Positions 42,990-52,520 of a stretch of DNA of 64,000 nt are shown here, piece by piece. The notes under the pieces are model-generated. The model saw nothing but the letters and a program-made list of their open reading frames with translations. It was not told the origin of the DNA and made no database searches. Every line of letters starts with the position of its first letter. The first letter of the stretch is position 1. The position numbers and the translations under genes were made by a program. Origin of the DNA: Candidatus Sericytochromatia bacterium (lineage in GTDB: Bacteria; Cyanobacteriota; Sericytochromatia; S15B-MN24; JAQBPE01); NCBI GenBank assembly GCA_040400605.1, contig JBBAPZ010000003.1, positions 94,507-158,506 of the forward strand, in the 5' to 3' direction.

Positions 42990-45900
42990 ATGGGGGTGGC
43001 CTTGTGTTGTCGCAGCAATTTTTCTTTTCTGGAGGGTGCCAGTCATCCGGAGGAACTGGTTGAAGCGGCACATCGTCTGGGGTTGCGGGCGCTGGCGTTG
43101 TGCGATCGCAACGGGTTGTACGGGGTGGTGCGGGCGCATCAACGAGCGCAGGCACTGGGGTTGCAACTTGTGATTGGCGCGCAGGTGAGTGTGTCAGATG
43201 GATCATCCATTGTGTTGCTGGTGCAGGACCGTGTGGGTTATGCGAACTTGTGCAAGGTGTTGAGCATCGGGTGTATGCGATCGCCAAAAGGACAATGCAC
43301 GCTCGAATGGTTTGAAATTGCGATGCATGCCACGGGGTTGATCGCGCTTTGGGGCGGTACCGAAGGCAGTTTGGGTGCAACGATGCCCCCGGATGACGTG
43401 GCACGGTGTTTGCAGGATGCCTTCGGTGAGCGTCTGTACGCGCTCATCACCCGCCACCTGAATGAGGCGGAGAAAGAACGCGAGGCGCGCATTCGAGAAC
43501 GCGCAAGGCGTTATGGGATTCAAACGGTCGCAGCGACGGAGGTGTTGTATCACGCGCGTGAGCGTCAGCCCTTGCAAGACATTTTGACATGTATTCGATG
43601 TGGGGTTGCGTTGGATCAAGCCGGACGGCGTTTGAAAGCCAATGCTGAACATGGTTTGAAAGGCGCGCAGGAACTTGCGGCGCTGTTTGAGGATGTGCCC
43701 GAAGAGTTGGCGAGGGCCGAGGCGATCGCCCGTTCGTGTACGTTTTCGCTCAAAGAACTGCGTTACCGTTACCCCTCTGAGCATCTGCCCAATGGGATGA
43801 CCACGATGGATTATCTGAAGCAATTATGCGCGGAAGGTGCGCGTAAGCATTATGGCGGGATGATTCCTGAAGCGGTGACGCAGCAACTGGCACATGAGTT
43901 TGAATTGATTGAATCGTTGGATTACGGCGGTTATTTTCTCTCCATGCGCGAGATCGTCGACTTTTGTCGCGAACGGGGAATCTTGTGTCAAGGGCGAGGT
44001 TCCGCGGCCAATTCGGCGGTGTGTTTTTGCTTGGGAATCACGGCTGTAGACCCGGTACGGATGGGGTTGCTGTTTGAACGTTTTATTTCAGCGGAGCGCG
44101 CCGAGCCACCGGATATCGACTTGGATATTGCGCACCAGCGGCGTGAAGAGGTGATTCAGCATGTGTATGAGAAGTATGGCCGCAGCCATGCAGCGATGGT
44201 AGCGGTGGTCATCACTTACAAAGGACGCCTGGCTGTGCGGGAGGTGGGCAAGGCTTTGGGCCTTCCTGAAACGGAGTTGGGTCGCTTGGCCAAGTTTGTC
44301 GGGCACGATGGACATTTGACGCCCGAAAAGCTGGCATTGGCAGAATTGAAGGCGGATAAACCCGTTTATGGGTATTTGATGCAGTGGGTACGCGAGTTGG
44401 TTCATTTTCCGCGTCACCTGTCGATTCATCCTGGGGGATTTTTACTTGGGCATCAGCCCGTGAATGAATTGGTGCCGATTGAAAACGGTGCCATGCGCGA
44501 TCGCACGGTGATTCAGTGGGATAAAAACGATGTCGAGGCCTTGGGCCTGTTCAAGGTGGATCTTCTCGGTTTGGGGGCTTTGACCCATCTTTCGGAATGC
44601 TTCGCGCTGATTCAGGCCCATCGTGGCATCACACTCACCATGGCCACGGTGCCTGCCGAAGACCCTGCCACCTACGCGATGTTGGGCAAGGGTGACAGCG
44701 TGGGGGTATTTCAGGTGGAAAGTCGGGCGCAAATGGCGATGCTGCCGCGTCTGAAACCGAAGACCTATTATGATTTGGTGATCGAAATCAGCTTGGTACG
44801 GCCTGGTCCAATCACAGGCGGCATGGTGCATCCTTACCTTCGACGCCGCAATGGTGAAGAAGCCATTGATTATGCCTTGGATTGCCTGCGGCCGGTGCTG
44901 GAAAAAACACTGGGGGTGCCCCTGTTTCAGGAACAGGTCATGAAATTGGCCATGGTCGCGGCTGATTATACGCCAGGTGAAGCGGATCAACTCCGTCGCG
45001 ACATGGCTGCCTGGCGCAAGCGTGGTTCCATCGCCCGGCACCGGAAACGCCTTATTGAGCGCATGCAAGCCCGTGGCGTGCCCATCGCGTTCGCCGAACG
45101 CGTCTTTAAACAGATTGAGGGATTCGGGGATTATGGTTTCCCGGAGGCACACGCGGCCAGTTTTGCGCTCATCACGTATATAGGCGCCTATCTTAAATGT
45201 CATTACCCGGCTGAATTCACGTGTGCGCTGCTCAATGCCCAGCCCATGGGGTTTTATTCCGTCGCTACGATTGTGGAAGATGCGCGTCGCCATCAGGTTA
45301 CGGTACGGCCTTTATGCATCAACCAAAGCGGGTTGGCCAGTACACTGGAGCCAGACGGTGACAGATGGGCCATTCGGATGGGTCTGCGTCACGTCAAAGG
45401 GCTCAGTCGTCAAGCGGCTCAGCGCTTGCGCGCTAACGGTCCTTATGATGATCTCAAAGCCGTGTTGACGCGCAGCGGTGTAGAACGTGGCGACTTGCTC
45501 AAACTGGCTCAAAGCGGTGCATGTCACAGTCTGGGTTGCGATCGCCGCAGTGCGCTCTGGCAGATACGCGGTCATCAAAAGCCCTTGTTTGACGGAAGCA
45601 TGAGCATCCCGGAAGCCATGCCCACTTTCCGAAACCTGTCTTTGTTCGAAGCCATCAACTGGGATTACCAGCATGCCGCGCACAGTACACGGGGGCATCC
45701 CTTGGGTCCTTTGCGCGAACAGTTGCTCAAAAAAGGGTTGCGTGACGCCCGCGGTCTGATGCAACTGCCGGATCAAACACCCGTGCGTTATGCCGGCCTG
45801 GTCATCTGCCGCCAGCGCCCGGGTACGGCGTCGGGTGTGGTCTTTTTAACCCTTGAGGATGAAACAGGCTTCATGAATCTGGTGGTGTGGCCAGGCATCT

Positions 45901-46058
45901 ATGAGCGGCACAAGCGCTTGATCAAAACCGTGTCGTTGCTCGGAGTCAGTGGCAAGCTGCAAGTCAAGCACGGTGTCACACACCTGATCGCGACACGCTT
46001 TTGGCGTCCTGAGATCGACACAGGCATCCAGGCCAGCGCGAGCCGCGATTTTCGCTAA
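42990..46058 (+). CDS. dnaE2: Error-prone DNA polymerase DnaE2 (ImuC)
   Basis: SNFSFLEGASHPEEL, QGRGSAANS, PPDIDLD, PRHLSIHPGG, YGFPEAHAASFA, RQRPGTASG, C-terminal SRDFR. Confidence 0.96.
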   Translation: MGVALCCRSNFSFLEGASHPEELVEAAHRLGLRALALCDRNGLYGVVRAHQRAQALGLQLVIGAQVSVSDGSSIVLLVQDRVGYANLCKVLSIGCMRSPKGQCTLEWFEIAMHATGLIALWGGTEGSLGATMPPDDVARCLQDAFGERLYALITRHLNEAEKEREARIRERARRYGIQTVAATEVLYHARERQPLQDILTCIRCGVALDQAGRRLKANAEHGLKGAQELAALFEDVPEELARAEAIARSCTFSLKELRYRYPSEHLPNGMTTMDYLKQLCAEGARKHYGGMIPEAVTQQLAHEFELIESLDYGGYFLSMREIVDFCRERGILCQGRGSAANSAVCFCLGITAVDPVRMGLLFERFISAERAEPPDIDLDIAHQRREEVIQHVYEKYGRSHAAMVAVVITYKGRLAVREVGKALGLPETELGRLAKFVGHDGHLTPEKLALAELKADKPVYGYLMQWVRELVHFPRHLSIHPGGFLLGHQPVNELVPIENGAMRDRTVIQWDKNDVEALGLFKVDLLGLGALTHLSECFALIQAHRGITLTMATVPAEDPATYAMLGKGDSVGVFQVESRAQMAMLPRLKPKTYYDLVIEISLVRPGPITGGMVHPYLRRRNGEEAIDYALDCLRPVLEKTLGVPLFQEQVMKLAMVAADYTPGEADQLRRDMAAWRKRGSIARHRKRLIERMQARGVPIAFAERVFKQIEGFGDYGFPEAHAASFALITYIGAYLKCHYPAEFTCALLNAQPMGFYSVATIVEDARRHQVTVRPLCINQSGLASTLEPDGDRWAIRMGLRHVKGLSRQAAQRLRANGPYDDLKAVLTRSGVERGDLLKLAQSGACHSLGCDRRSALWQIRGHQKPLFDGSMSIPEAMPTFRNLSLFEAINWDYQHAAHSTRGHPLGPLREQLLKKGLRDARGLMQLPDQTPVRYAGLVICRQRPGTASGVVFLTLEDETGFMNLVVWPGIYERHKRLIKTVSLLGVSGKLQVKHGVTHLIATRFWRPEIDTGIQASASRDFR

Positions 46059-46109
46059 CCACCCGACAGAAAAACCCGCGCATCAATCAACAACACCATC
46101 ATTCATTTC

Positions 46110-46277
46110 CACCCACTCGACACTTCGTGAAACTCGGGAGCGCTCGAAACGCTGTTTTAATGCTTGTTTGCGTATCGTTCGCATTTGAACCGAAACCGTT
46201 CGTTTTGTGGATCGGATCTGTTTTAATCGCAAGCCTGTCACCTGACTTCACAGTCTATGTCCAGACAACTGTCGAAA
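46110..46277 (-). repeat. Copy of the dispersed repeat (minus strand)
   Basis: Reverse complement reads TTCGACAG..CAGGTGACAGGCTTG..ATTAAAA..GATCCACAAAACG..CAAACAAGCA..TTCGAGCGCT..TTTCACGA, collinear with 37547-37705. Confidence 0.75.
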
Positions 46278-46580
46278 AGCTGTCTCACTCTTCTATCAAA
46301 CGCACACCAACTGTAGGCGGTTACACTTCCCGGCAATCGCGTGGCGTATTGCAATCAACCGGGACGAAGTCTTTGCCTGCTCAGCCCTTGTAAGTGAATC
46401 GAAGCAAGCGGCACGAACGCTGTTTCCACAATAAACTGCAAATCAATAATGTGGTGCTTGGGTTTTTCAATCCACGGATGATGCTTGAGAACGATCAGAT
46501 TGACCGATCGGGCTGACTCGCAACCGCAGTGCTGTGACCCGTAAGAGGCGCTGCAACAGTGCTGCCGGCTGCCGTGCGCC

Positions 46581-46612
46581 ACGAACATTTAACGAACAAT
46601 CCGTGAATCTGA
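46581..46612 (+). repeat. 32-nt conserved end motif of the dispersed repeat
   Basis: 28/32 identical to 60879-60910. Confidence 0.85.
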
Positions 46613-46713
46613 TGGATGTTGATGCCTGCTGCTCCATTCTTACCAGCCCTTTCCATCCCAATTTTAATCACTCATTTAACTAAACAAAACACTTAAATGA
46701 CAAGCCAGGGGGC

Positions 46714-47919
46714 ATGAGCGACGACAAGGTTGGGGGACCCGTTCAGAAAAGCTATCCAGACATTGAAAGGGAAATATTCATGTTGAGGGATGCAGTCAGC
46801 CGGCTGGCGTTCATGCAGCATCATTTGGGTCTGGAAAAGGGGTTTCTTGCGGAAACGGTGAACGATCGGGCGCGAGCGGGCATTATTGCGGACACTTTGG
46901 ATATTGGCAAAGTTCCCGCAACACTGACTGGCGATGTGGCACTGGGTGGTCGATTGGAAAAAGCGGCTCAGGTAAGAATGGCGTATCTGAAGCGGGAGAT
47001 GAAAAGGCTTACCCCGCAGGAGCGTGAGACCCTGACAGCACGCGTGGGTGAAATGTCAGCGAAAGGTACCGCCTGGTCTAAGCAGTTGTCAGGTGTGCGT
47101 GAGCGCTTGGCGCAGCAGTCGCCAGAGAATTTGCGGCAAGCAGTTAAAGATGGTGCGATGCGAGACTTTAAAGCTAGTCGAACTGCATCCCCAGCACATG
47201 AATACGAGGCATTGCAGGCTTGGTTCGGTGAAGCGTATGACAATTTGCAAACCTTGGGGATAGCAATACGTGAAAACAAAAAAGCGATTCTCGCGCACCT
47301 CCTGTCACCACAAAAGCGTCAGCGGCGTCTGACTGATATCATCTGGGTGAATCGGCAGAGTGGTTCATCTTACGAGCGGGCCAAGCGAATAACTGATAGG
47401 ATGCAAGCGCAGGGGGGGGGCTTACCCGCTTCGATTGATGTAAAGGTCGTTCAGCGCAGCGAGCCCAATGCCAGGGGCGGCGTTGGCAAGGTTCTTATCA
47501 ACGAAGGTCTTTTTGCGAAATTCTCCGACGATCAACTGGCCTCAATTCTGGGTCACGAAATGGCCCACGTCCGCCATGGAGATAGTGCCGGAATGGCTGC
47601 GGTAAGAGCACGACAGACGAAATGGATGGTCAAGAAAAAGCAGGAATTACCCCAACCGGTACGGGCTGAGTTGAACCAGGCATACCAAGATGCCTGGAAA
47701 CACATCCGAGACCTAATGGAACTCGAGGCCGATGCGGATGGTGTACGCTACATGGCTCGGGCAGGTTTTGATCCTAACGCCGCACTGACCGCTATGGCGA
47801 CACAATTGAACTCAACCAGTCTAAATGCCGACCATCCGGAGGCCATTGTCCGCTTGTTGAACCTGATGGCTGTCATCAAAAACGAACGCCTCGGACAGAT
47901 ACCCGCGTCTACCAATTAG
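46714..47919 (+). CDS. M48-family zinc metallopeptidase with unknown helical N-terminus
   Basis: PNA, SDDQLASILGHEMAH, ELEADADG, RAGFDP, DHP..RL. Confidence 0.85.
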   Translation: MSDDKVGGPVQKSYPDIEREIFMLRDAVSRLAFMQHHLGLEKGFLAETVNDRARAGIIADTLDIGKVPATLTGDVALGGRLEKAAQVRMAYLKREMKRLTPQERETLTARVGEMSAKGTAWSKQLSGVRERLAQQSPENLRQAVKDGAMRDFKASRTASPAHEYEALQAWFGEAYDNLQTLGIAIRENKKAILAHLLSPQKRQRRLTDIIWVNRQSGSSYERAKRITDRMQAQGGGLPASIDVKVVQRSEPNARGGVGKVLINEGLFAKFSDDQLASILGHEMAHVRHGDSAGMAAVRARQTKWMVKKKQELPQPVRAELNQAYQDAWKHIRDLMELEADADGVRYMARAGFDPNAALTAMATQLNSTSLNADHPEAIVRLLNLMAVIKNERLGQIPASTN

Positions 47920-48000
47920 TGCGCCAAGACATTCCGTCCGTCCGATCAACCGGTTCGGAATATGTCAACCAGCGCTACAGAAAGTCGTGAACGCGCCTGT

Positions 48001-48345
48001 TCAGCCGAGGGTCAGATTATGAAGGGCCTCGCGGGCGCGTTCTAGATGCATATCGTTGACGTGAGGCCTCACCGTCTGCCACGCCAGCATGATCACGGCC
48101 GCATCATCGCTGAAGCCCACCATCGCGAGCACGTCTGGAATGGCATCGAGAGGCAATACAAAGTAGGCTAGTGCCGCCGCGACGATCAACTTGACACGTG
48201 GTGGGGTCGCTTGATCCACCAAACAGTAGTACAAAGCGAGCGCTTCTTTCAGAAAAGGAAGACGTGTCGCAAAACGCCGGATATGCGCCCAGAATGCCTT
48301 GGCATCGAACGACCGGGGATCAGGAAGCGGAAAACGATCTGGCAT
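48001..48345 (-). CDS. YkvA/DUF1232 family membrane protein
   Basis: TPPRVK..ALAYFVLPLDAIPD..GFSDD. Confidence 0.9.
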   Translation of the reverse strand: MPDRFPLPDPRSFDAKAFWAHIRRFATRLPFLKEALALYYCLVDQATPPRVKLIVAAALAYFVLPLDAIPDVLAMVGFSDDAAVIMLAWQTVRPHVNDMHLERAREALHNLTLG

Positions 48346-48354
48346 GGGGTCTCC

Positions 48355-48801
48355 TCACACGCTAGACATACCCAGCAAACTCCCCACCGTCAACAGTGAA
48401 CGAGTGGGTATCGGCATTGCGGCAGGCCCGTGATGAACTTCCTCTGCTACCACCGCCTCAGCTTTCGTCACATGCACCGTCCCATGCGGATGTTCAGGAG
48501 GCGTATACAGCGTGTAAAGCTTGAGCGCTCGCTCACCCGAATTGATCACATTGTGCATCGCACGCGCAGGCACCACCAACACATCCCCCGCCGACAGCAC
48601 ACCGTGGTGTTCACCCACATGGTAACGCGCTTCACCCTCAACAATAACCAACACCTGATCCAGTTCGTGCGACTCCAAACCAATGTCATCGCCCACTTCA
48701 ACACACATCACCACCAACTGACTCAGCGGCGTGGTATGCAACACCCGTCGAAAGGCCGTATTGCGCAACGCCTCTTGCACAATGTTGACATGAAAACTCA
48801 A
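48355..48801 (-). CDS. Cupin domain protein
   Basis: NTAFRRVLHT, QLVVM, IGLESH..DQ, HNVINSG, KLYTLYTPPEH. Confidence 0.88.
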   Translation of the reverse strand: MSFHVNIVQEALRNTAFRRVLHTTPLSQLVVMCVEVGDDIGLESHELDQVLVIVEGEARYHVGEHHGVLSAGDVLVVPARAMHNVINSGERALKLYTLYTPPEHPHGTVHVTKAEAVVAEEVHHGPAAMPIPTRSLLTVGSLLGMSSV

Positions 48802-48849
48802 CACAACCTCCCCACCAGCAAAACAACGGCTACCGGGCACCGGAATCAA

Positions 48850-49143
48850 TCATTCACGTTTTGTGGAATCAGACGGCAACGCCACCCCATCTTCCCCCAC
48901 CATCACACGCTCAGGCGGCAAAAGGCCCAAACGCCACAGCAACAGCAAGCCAGACGGCACAAGCACAACCGCGACAAAGCTCACAAACGCCAAACCCATC
49001 CCCATCGGGATCCCGCGCAAAAACTCCCGATGCACCAACATCAGCAAAACAACCACCATGATAAGCCAAGTAGGCCGAACCTTCATGACTGATCGGCGTT
49101 TCAGACGATACGTGGGGAGCGGTTTCAGATCTGGCGCTTGCAT
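48850..49143 (-). CDS. Small two-TM hypothetical protein
   Basis: Two hydrophobic segments; GGAGG upstream; co-oriented with the cupin gene. Confidence 0.6.
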   Translation of the reverse strand: MQAPDLKPLPTYRLKRRSVMKVRPTWLIMVVVLLMLVHREFLRGIPMGMGLAFVSFVAVVLVPSGLLLLWRLGLLPPERVMVGEDGVALPSDSTKRE

Positions 49144-49553
49144 GTCACGACAGGACCTCCTCGAAATGACCCTGCGCCATTATAGCAGAGCCCCAACAAG
49201 CCGAACGTCAAAGCCCAACCAATAAGATCGGTGAGGCCTTTCACCAACCGTCGACCTTGCGGCGACAGCGTGCTTGGCAATCAGTCACATCAAAAAGCGC
49301 CTCAAGAGCCAAACCGGCAATCGAATCTGCCCTTGGTCTCCTCCAACAGTTTGCCTGATTGTTGCCAAAACACTGGTGAAACGAAAACCGCGCGAGTGGG
49401 AGTGTCATGGTCTTGTATCGAGGCCATGGCACCAGCTGTCATCACTGGACCGGGGATCTTGATGATGCCCTCATTGTCAAAGGCGTCTGATTTCTTATCA
49501 AACAGGGTAAATGAACAGCAACGATACCCTTTGACAAAGATCCGGGAGTCAAC

Positions 49554-50483
49554 ATGACCATTGCAGGCAGTCGCATATTCATATCAGTCACGGGTTTGCT
49601 CATGATCATTGGCTGTTCCGTACCGCCAACACAAAAAATAAACCAGATCAATAAACCGCTTGCGAGCAGCCCTAGACCGAATGCTTCCCCATCCGCACCG
49701 GCGCTTGCCCCGTCAGTCGGTCCATCCGCGACGGCCACACTCACCCCATCTTCGCTTCGCACGGTCGCATTTCAGGTTTACGCACCGAGCGTGCAAGCGA
49801 GCAACGGTAAATTGGTGAATGAGGACCCGCAAGGCTTGCTCAGTGAAGCCGGGTTGACGCTGATTGCCCAGGGCGGTGGCAATTTGATTGGCAGCAATGG
49901 TGGGGCCTTGATCGCGCAAGGCGGCGGCAATTACCGTGTTCAGGCAACCCCTGAGCGCCTCGCCCGCGTCGAAAGAGCCATCGTGTACCTGAGCAAACTG
50001 AATGGCGATCGCCTGAAACTGGCCGGCATTGCAGACGCCGATGGCAGCCACCGACTCAGCGACGTACCGGATGGCGAAGACCTCATCGCTGTCGCGGAAT
50101 ATCGCCTGAAAGGCAAGTCCTACCGCTTGCAGGCAGCCGTCCCGCAAGGTGACCTCAGTGGTGCGCCCGTCTACCTCGACCCGATCAACACCTTCGTCGC
50201 CACCCGCATCAAGGCGATTTATCAACAAAATGGCAAAAAACTGACGCCACTCTCTGCGGCTAAACTCAAAGACGCGTGGACCGCCTTTTACGAAGCAGGC
50301 ATCGACGTCGAGCCCGAACTGCTTGAAAACAGCCGCAACTTTGCGGACCTTATCGCTTTCTATGCGCGAAGCCTCGTGCGCATCAACCGCGCGGACGCAC
50401 GCAAAAAAGTGGAAGACTTTATGGCCGAACTCTCGATTCAAAACAACGCGTCACAGCCTTCGCTAACCCCGCAAGCGAAGTGA
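49554..50483 (+). CDS. Lipoprotein with IAQGGGN octapeptide repeats
   Basis: Lipobox IIGC, SP-rich linker, LIAQGGGN-LIGSNGGA-LIAQGGGN. Confidence 0.8.
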   Translation: MTIAGSRIFISVTGLLMIIGCSVPPTQKINQINKPLASSPRPNASPSAPALAPSVGPSATATLTPSSLRTVAFQVYAPSVQASNGKLVNEDPQGLLSEAGLTLIAQGGGNLIGSNGGALIAQGGGNYRVQATPERLARVERAIVYLSKLNGDRLKLAGIADADGSHRLSDVPDGEDLIAVAEYRLKGKSYRLQAAVPQGDLSGAPVYLDPINTFVATRIKAIYQQNGKKLTPLSAAKLKDAWTAFYEAGIDVEPELLENSRNFADLIAFYARSLVRINRADARKKVEDFMAELSIQNNASQPSLTPQAK

Positions 50484-50511
50484 GCAACCGCCTAAAAGCC
50501 ACTTCTCACGT

Positions 50512-51300
50512 TTATGGCAGCGCCGTTGTCCCGTGATACAAAAACTCAAGCGCAGCAGGCAAACGGCGCCGCCAATCAATCTCTTTGTGATCACCCGCCT
50601 CATCCGGCAACCACAAATGATGGTGTCCGGGCTCAAACCCCTTGCGCGTCAAAAGCTCATCCATCCACTTGGCATGCTCAATCACCATGCCGTTGGCCTC
50701 TTTACCACCACAATCCAGATACAGACGGGGCTCTCCCACACACCGCGCCTTCGCCACGTACGGAAATACCTGCCCTTGTTGCACCCATAAAGCAGGCGAC
50801 ATGCACAACGCCTTGCCAAAAACCTCGTTGTGCCTGAAAAAACCATACAACGCCATCAAACCACCCAAGGACGCACCACCCAGCATCGTCGCCTCAGGCC
50901 CTTCCAACACCCGCAACTCAGCAGCGACCATCTTCCTTAACGGCCCCACCACCCAATCAAGTAACGCATCCCCACGCGCCGTATGAACAGCCTCCACGGG
51001 CCACGGACTCAACTCTTCCTCACGGTGCACACCGTGGTGAATGCCAACCACGATGGGGACTTCGCGACCCTCGGCAAACAACCGATCCAAGGCATGGTGC
51101 ATATGCCAACCACCCGCCAAGGTCCCGTGATCATCAAACACATTCTGACCATCAAACACAAACGCCACCGGATAGCGCTTCGACGTCGCAACCGCATAAT
51201 CCGGCGGCAAATAAAGCGTCAAAGGACGCGCACCCACAAGGCCAGGTATCTCAAAGGCCCTCGTACGATGCAATTGCCCGCGCCCTGACCCCACCATCAA
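50512..51300 (-). CDS. Alpha/beta hydrolase (putative esterase)
   Basis: LYLPPDY, FDGQNVF, GASLGG nucleophile, YLDCG, HxExxWRRR. Confidence 0.9.
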   Translation of the reverse strand: MMVGSGRGQLHRTRAFEIPGLVGARPLTLYLPPDYAVATSKRYPVAFVFDGQNVFDDHGTLAGGWHMHHALDRLFAEGREVPIVVGIHHGVHREEELSPWPVEAVHTARGDALLDWVVGPLRKMVAAELRVLEGPEATMLGGASLGGLMALYGFFRHNEVFGKALCMSPALWVQQGQVFPYVAKARCVGEPRLYLDCGGKEANGMVIEHAKWMDELLTRKGFEPGHHHLWLPDEAGDHKEIDWRRRLPAALEFLYHGTTALP

Positions 51301-51358
51301 ATCCCGTCCCTAAATCAACGCCCCTCGCTCCTCCATTGTAAAACGCAAGCCCGTAAAA

Positions 51359-51769
51359 TCAATCGCGCCCCAAACGCGCCGGCCGCTGAATCCCGCGACG
51401 GGCACACACCAGGCTAAAAGCCCAAGCCAAATCCTGACCATCCAACTCACGCCACCGCGTCTCCAATGGCGTGCGATAGACCGCTGCCGCCTGCAAGACA
51501 CCATGCTGAGACGCCGCCAAAATCTCAGTCGCCCGCTCCTGCGACAACACTTGCCCACTCTGACGATCAAGCACCTGCGCGTAATCCGCCAAATGAACCA
51601 ACAAATCCAAATCATACGCGCGCGGCGTACGCATGAGCGCACTCAAAACCGGAACAGCCTCAGGCGCCATCACCACCAGATAACCACCCTGATTCTCCAG
51701 CAACGTGTAACGCAACACGCCACCACCACGCTGCCGCACACTGACTTGATAATCCAACGAAAACAACAT
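51359..51769 (-). CDS. Hypothetical protein
   Basis: ATG behind GGGGA; composition like its neighbours; no family recognised. Confidence 0.55.
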   Translation of the reverse strand: MLFSLDYQVSVRQRGGGVLRYTLLENQGGYLVVMAPEAVPVLSALMRTPRAYDLDLLVHLADYAQVLDRQSGQVLSQERATEILAASQHGVLQAAAVYRTPLETRWRELDGQDLAWAFSLVCARRGIQRPARLGRD

Positions 51770-51922
51770 GACTCATCCCCTGCTTCTTCAACTGCAACGC
51801 TTCAGCACACCCGCCCGACCAACGTCGCGCAAACACGTGCCACAATTAAAATGTAAACTTTTATGAAGAATTTCACGCGAATGGGGTTGCTCAAAAACTT
51901 TGTGCGTTTATCACAATCCACT

Positions 51923-52018
51923 CATTCGACACGTTGTAAAAACAGATGACACATAAAACGCGAATAAATTATCTGTTTGGGGTCTGTCGGCATCACATCA
52001 AGTCAAAAGGTGCTTGAA
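51923..52018 (+). repeat. Internally deleted copy of the dispersed repeat
   Basis: CATTCGACA..AAAACAGAT..CATAAAACG, then CAAAAGGTGCTTGAA (52004) vs CAAAGGGTGCTTCAA (37663) at almost the same offset. Confidence 0.55.
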
Positions 52019-52434
52019 AAGTCGCTTCGATACTCGTTTGGCTGCCTTTCGCATGTGTGGTGAAGCGCCTTGCGATGTGGCACGACTCGTTAAAATTGAT
52101 CAGGCGATGGCTTCAATCGCAGGTGTTTTGCCGTGAGCGATCAATTCCCTTGTTTAGGCGTATTTGAATGACGGATTTGTGTTCGCACGCTTTGAGACTC
52201 GACGCCATTGATGCGGGTGAGTCGAAGGTCTGACTTTGGAACGGCGCGGAGCGTGCGACCCATGTGTGATCACTTAAGAAGCCGTTTCCGGGTTTATCCA
52301 GATAATCAACACTGGGCCGATCCCGGTAACCCGCATGAGGACGATGTAACCCAATGATGAAACTTGGAGATCTTTGCCACGCGTTGCTTAGGTAGAGACA
52401 GACGGCGTGCGACCCAAGGCCCGTCGTGGTGCAC

Positions 52435-52478
52435 AAAAAAGGCCCGGTGCCGCAGAACCAAGGCGTGCAGCACCGGGC
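52435..52478 (-). terminator. Probable ettA terminator
   Basis: GCCCGGTGC/GCACCGGGC stem followed by U6 on the minus strand. Confidence 0.65.
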
Positions 52479-52520
52479 GCAAAAATCAAGGCACAGGCAC
52501 CCAGTGGATGCCGCGCTCAA

